Part shown: positions 62,910 to 64,000 of the stretch, one piece after another
Numbering within the stretch: position 1 is the first letter of the stretch
Layout of the letters: each line of letters begins with the position of its first letter
From: Neocallimastix sp. 'constans'
Lineage: Eukaryota
Direction of reading: 5' to 3'
Assembly: GCA_050613775.1 (NCBI GenBank)
Contig: JBODTK010000102.1
Location: 434,001 to 498,000, forward strand
DNA length: 64,000 bases
Translations under genes and position numbers: made by a program
Notes under the pieces: generated by a model
Seen by the model: the letters and a program-made list of their open reading frames with translations, nothing else
What the model was told of the DNA's origin: nothing
Databases searched by the model: none

Positions 62910-64000
62910 ATTTGAAAAATCCCTTGTTTAGTATTGTTATCGAATTTAGATCTAAAGAATTTAGGAATAAAGAAATAAACTTTGTATCCAAATACTTTAA
63001 TATTTGAATAGTTGACCTTTGTTTTGTTAATTATTTCATAAGGTATTTTCATATTTATTCCTTTGTGTGGAATGCGATTATGTATATAATTAGCCGTAGA
63101 TATAGCATCTTCCCAAAATTGGTGACTAAGTTTAGAGTCATTCAGCATAGCTTTGGCGGAATTAATTAGGGTGCCATTGAAGCGTTCCATCCTTACATTT
63201 TGTTGTGGGTTATATGGTACAGTTAGTTGATGTTTAATACCGTAAGGTTTAAATAATAAATTAAAATTATTAATGCAAAATTCTTTACCATTATCCGTTC
63301 GTATATATATTTCTAGTATTATACTTATTTTTAATACTTAATAACCAATTGTAAAATGAGTTAAAGGTGTCACTTTTAGATTTTAAAAACAAAGTTCATC
63401 CATAGAGTGAATAGTCATCGAGGATTGTAAAAAGATATTTGTTACCATAAAGCGATTCAGGAAGAGGACCAACCAAGTCCATGTGAAATAATTCAAATAT
63501 ATGTTTCGACTTATTGCTTGCTTATATGGTTTATTTTTAAGTTTTAAATTCATACAAATTGGGCATTGATTAACTGGTGTATTAAGTTTTAATAATTTGT
63601 TTTTAATATGACTAATATCAAAATGACATAATCTTCTATGCCATAAATATAATCTCTTTGTTGTATTTGGTATAGTGAAATTTATTTCTAAATTATTATG
63701 TTGATTGTTGTTATTATTGAGATTTATTTTATTATTGGAAAACCAAATTTTAAATGTATTAGTCTTGGTTGCAGTGATGTTAACTATTCTTTTATAGTTG
63801 CTATCGTAAATGATTTCATATGATTTATTATTTGAATTATTAAAAACAATTTTGTAATTTTCTTTTAGTAATTCGAATATGGATATTAAATTTTTATTGA
63901 TGGCTGGAGAGTAGTATACCTCATTAAGTATTATTTCATTGTTGTTAACATATCCCTTAAATTTTCCTTTATGGACAGCTGTAATTATTTGTCCATTAGC
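62910..64000 (-). mobile_element. Copia protease-integrase remnant (runs off the window)
   Basis: LWHRRLCH, HMDLVGP, RTDNGKEF, ERFNGTLINSAKAML..FWEDA; frameshifted. Confidence 0.88.

Overview
Very AT-rich eukaryotic DNA. The gene content points to an anaerobic gut fungus (Neocallimastigomycota); this is inferred from the scaffoldin-type giant protein, not proven. 1-15466 is the 3' part (>5100 codons, open from the window edge, no intron) of a Cys/GYY-repeat fungal cellulosome scaffoldin-like protein with a Thr-rich stalk, a GPI-type tail and several Kex2-like KR sites. It is followed by a 62-bp minisatellite, an internally deleted pseudogene copy of the same gene (20.8-23.1 kb) and an intronless GT2/GT92-like glycosyltransferase. 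From 27 kb on the window is nested transposons. (i) A gag-only LTR element with apparently identical LTRs and a tRNA-Ala PBS. (ii) A ~16.7-kb MULE (TIRs 30747/47438, 8-bp TSD) with a broken transposase and a secreted Cys-rich cargo gene, interrupted by three Copia-type insertions. (iii) A fourth, TRIM-sized Copia-type element. (iv) Decayed Gypsy and Copia remnants. Most striking: the four Copia-type elements have different LTRs but share a PBS complementary to the anticodon arm of tRNA-Lys(CUU), implying half-tRNA priming. Three of them end in AA or TA instead of CA, and the two non-autonomous ones carry non-transposon cargo (an intact 98-aa orphan ORF and an antisense Cys-rich membrane-protein fragment).
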